A DNA stretch of 64,000 bases. Source: Spizellomyces punctatus DAOM BR117. Its lineage: Eukaryota. This document shows, piece after piece, positions 60,735 to 64,000 of the stretch. The stretch is from assembly GCA_000182565.2 (NCBI GenBank), contig KQ257456.1, one strand, 5' to 3'. The notes beneath the pieces are model-generated. The model had not been told where the DNA came from and made no database searches. It was given only the letters and a program-made list of their open reading frames with translations. The position numbers were made by a program, and so were the translations under genes. Position 1 is the first letter of the stretch. Each line of letters starts with the position of its first letter.

Positions 60735-62224
60735 TTAAGACTGGTCCTCGTGCATGTCATCTTCTTCTTCCTCCTCCAGCTCCTCGTCCTCCAATGAATA
60801 GTCATCAGAATCGCTCTTCTCATCTACATCCTCCCCTTCAGCGGCGCCTTTCGCTGCCTGCTTTTTCGCCACATTTTTCTCCTGCTCTGCCCTTCTCCGC
60901 GCTCTCTCCGCCTCTGACTTTTTCCGCCGTTGGTCTTGCTCCTTAATCTCCGCAGGCGTCTTTTGCACTATAGATGAGGAATGTGAGAAATGTGTCCAAC
61001 TATTTCGGTTGAGAGCAACTAACATACCAAGCGAATGGTAGAGTACTTCTCCGTCGCACATTCCAGCCTGTATCTTCAGTAGGGACATTTGCATTCGGGG
61101 TCCCATCTCCACGAGACGGATGGCACGCTGCTCGGCTTGACGATTGCCTTTCCCAATATACTTCTGTGGCAATGTGACAGTTGCTTCGCCATTGTCTTCA
61201 ACATCGCTCTCAGATGCGAAGGCACCCCTAATACGGTCGCCGGGTGATGAGTCCGGCATCAACCAAGCTTCCCGAATCATCTGATTTATACCTCAAAATG
61301 TAGTCACTAATGTCATCGTAGCGCCTCAGGTCGGGTACATCGGTCTGGATGATAGTCTTGACACTTTTGCTAACACCAGTCACTTTCACTCTGATACAAT
61401 AGTGGCGGAACTCTATCTCCCCCGTTTCGCTGTTCAGATTGAATAGAATCACTCGCCTGGCATCCGCTAGTTTCATCTACGAGAAAACCTCAGTGAAGGG
61501 GAAACTTGGAAAGCGTTGAGAAATTCATTTACCGTTTGGACTTGAATTGGAGGAAATAAATTCTGGAACATTGTCGCCATCAACTTGACGTGCTTCGCAT
61601 CTCCTCCAAAGTTGTTCAGAACCACCTAGACGATTACTTAGTTATCTGAACCGACGTGCGGAAGTTCTTTTTGTAGTAAAATTACCAACCAATGGGGCCG
61701 AGTTGAATTCGGTACCAGGCGACTTTGGCCGACTTTGCAGCGCTAATACATCGGGAGTCAAGGCATAAGAGTTCACTCTAAAAGTGAGGGTCGGCCCACG
61801 TGGGATACGTCCAATTCGCAGATTGATTCCGGCAGATGTCTTTGAGAAAATTAGTAGATGGGTGACAGATAGCTGTCCGGCGACGTGGAGAAAGTCCTTC
61901 AGTTTATTGCCTTTTCGTTCCTAGTTGCCACACAATTTATCAGTCTTGGGGGGTCAACGCAATAGCAAATTCATCACTGGCCGCTACCCGTAGTCTTAGA
62001 GCCGTATTCGGCTCCATAGTCTTGCGAACATCCTTCACCAGAAGTGACAGACTACGTCCGACCACACCTGATTTGATCACAAAAGATTTTGGGACCTTTG
62101 CGGCGGCGGCTTCATCCGTTTTTACGTGAGTTCTTCTCTTTCTCTAATAGACAGAGTGGGGACACTTGAGTGAGTTCGATTAGCTCCCATTCATGGCCAG
62201 GTGGAGACTTACCCTTCGCCCCAT
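60735..62224 (-). CDS. SSF1: Brix-domain ribosome biogenesis protein Ssf1/Ssf2 (PPAN)
   Basis: PKSFVIKSG, MEPNTALRL, NKLKDF, PRGPTLTF, VLNNF, FRHY.I, QRAIRLVEMGPRM. Confidence 0.92.
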
Positions 62225-62364
62225 GGTTGTTTTGATCTCAAAACAACTGCGAGAAAAGTTCAAGAAAGCTGTTCATCTTTCCAACTGCTGTGCCACACAT
62301 ATCACGTGGACCGAACCTTGCTGATGCCACTCAATGGTGAGGACGAGAACCATGACACGCGCCA

Positions 62365-63053
62365 ATGGACACCGAAGATATCAGTGACACTGACGCTGTA
62401 GGAGAAGAGGAAGAAGCAGACGCTCACGGCGATGAATCGGACGAATGGGAAGAAGAGGTGTGGGTATACTGCATGGTCTTGCTTTCCACCTGCAACGCCA
62501 GCTCACACATCACCCTGCCAGACGACATATGTTGTCCTAGATCTTGGGACGGATGTTACAGTAGATACTGTTAAAGCGGCGGCATCCGAATATGACGGTG
62601 TTTCACTCATAGTATGTTACTTGCATGGTCATGACGACGCGAAGCGTGGAGCTAAGCTGACTGATTTTAGGGACTGGACACACCCTCACCGTACTTGCGA
62701 GTGGGCAATCTCATGTTTAAAGGGGCTTTTGACCGGACCATCGGCACCGATATGATCTTTGCAGCTTCAGCGCAAGATGAAAACAGACCCAAACGTAGGT
62801 GGTAAAGATTTCGTTTAGCGGAGGTGATGGGTCAGTAGTCAACAACCTTCCGCTTGTAGGGCCGCCAACGGGCCCGCTTCCCCTCTCCACCGACCCAAAC
62901 CGGCCAGATGTCAGCATGACCTACTTAGGGCAATCAACCATGAAGACCAAATTTATGCGAGTGACTCTTGAACCCAAAGCACGCCCATCTAATGCATCAG
63001 ATGAAGCAGAGATTACTGGGGCTTCGAAACAACCTGCCACTGAGGCAGACTAG
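62365..63053 (+). CDS. TFIIIC subunit 6 (tau55/GTF3C6-like) domain protein
   Basis: Acidic N-terminus then spliced YVVLDL...IGLDTPSPYLRVGNLMFKGAFDRTIGTDMIF. Confidence 0.78.
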
Positions 63054-63395
63054 CTCGTGTCCCTCTGAAGCCCACATTATTATCTCTTATTCTAATCCAG
63101 CTGGCCCTGGTGACCTAAATAGATTGTGGCGAACCGTAAATTGATGTGCCGTTTAAGCTCGTCTCTGTCAGTTGCCAATACTATCTCGCCCTCCATCCCA
63201 GATAGCTCTGGTGCCCTGTGTTTCAATTGAACAGTCTAGAAATCAAATTGGCAAAAAGCCTTGGAAAGTCATGTATCGTGGTTATGGCCGATCTGCAACA
63301 CGTAATCCAAGTAAATCACGAGCAGGACCCACAAGTCAGAGATCGCACTTCACATTGCCGTGTCCAGAGTTCATCTTTCTTCAACTCTCCTCAAC

Positions 63396-64000
63396 ATGCT
63401 TGTGAACACCAACTCAACCCCAATAGTCACCGTCTTTGTGACGAGTGAAGGCGTATCCTCGGAAAGGCGCTTCGATAAGGCAATTACAATAAGTAAACTT
63501 AAGGTGGTAAACTGCCCGACATTTCGAATCGTAAAATCCGTCGATCTCAAACATATTCCTCTCTTTGATGCAAAAGGAACGTCTTGAGCCGATAACAGGT
63601 GTTCCAGTATCGACAATGAAGGTTCAGCTGTATACTGCCACCGACCAACTGGTGGGCACACTTGACGACGACGAGAAGATGTTGGGCTACTATCCTGTGG
63701 CAGACTACATGCGATTGGAGGTATGTCGCTCGGTCAAGACCCTTATACTATACCTAGAGACTATATCAACAGACCATACTTGTTGAATGTTAATTTAGGT
63801 CATTGACTTGAACCAACGCCGAAGGAAGAACGAATTCCATGATGTATCGCAAGTGGAAAAGTTTGAGATATCTGATGCAGAGTACGACAAGCGCAATGGT
63901 AGGGCTTTGGAGTATGCTTTATGTTTATCTAGAGTGGAATGAAACACGCCGGTTACCAGATTCTGTTCGAGCTTTTCTACAACGAAACAAGATGGGCAAG
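63396..64000 (+). CDS. TBCB: Tubulin-folding cofactor B (Ubl domain), 3'-truncated by the window edge
   Basis: SERRFDK.ITI..LKERLEPITGVP.STMK, LDDDEKMLGYY, VSQVEKFEISDAEYDKR.DSVRAFLQRNKMGK. Confidence 0.9.

Overview
Gene-dense, intron-rich eukaryotic DNA (about 47-50% GC by eye, short GT-AG introns), most consistent with a zoosporic (chytrid-type) fungus: it carries the flagellar adenylate kinase AK7, a class C GPCR, NAMPT and a Ska2-like gene beside typical fungal housekeeping genes. I can support about 31 protein-coding genes, most reconstructed by manually splicing exons; the ORF track only gives fragments. Most of the window is tightly packed housekeeping genes: mito EF-G1, cystinosin, metacaspase, eIF2beta, eIF3L, eIF3j, RanBP1, Dss1-like RNase II, stomatin-like, Snu23, Img2, Erg10, Fmc1, Dre2, Ssf1, TFIIIC sub6 and TBCB. 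A looser accessory-looking island at about 35-46.6 kb holds a decayed chitin-binding/expansin-like pseudogene, a three-copy ~230-bp tandem repeat and a GH5 endoglycoceramidase-like gene. It also holds the main finding: an intact ~21-exon gene for a bacterial MnxG-type (manganese-oxidase-like) giant multicopper oxidase that has a eukaryotic signal peptide and a C-terminal GPI-anchor-like signal. Other notable items are a class C GPCR with a C-terminal PH-like domain, a tail-to-tail METTL4/AlkB pair and a 4-exon Ska2-like gene invisible to the ORF track. No tRNA, rRNA, CRISPR array or recognisable intact transposon was seen. All family calls come from motif recognition by eye; no database search was run, and exon boundaries are manual predictions.
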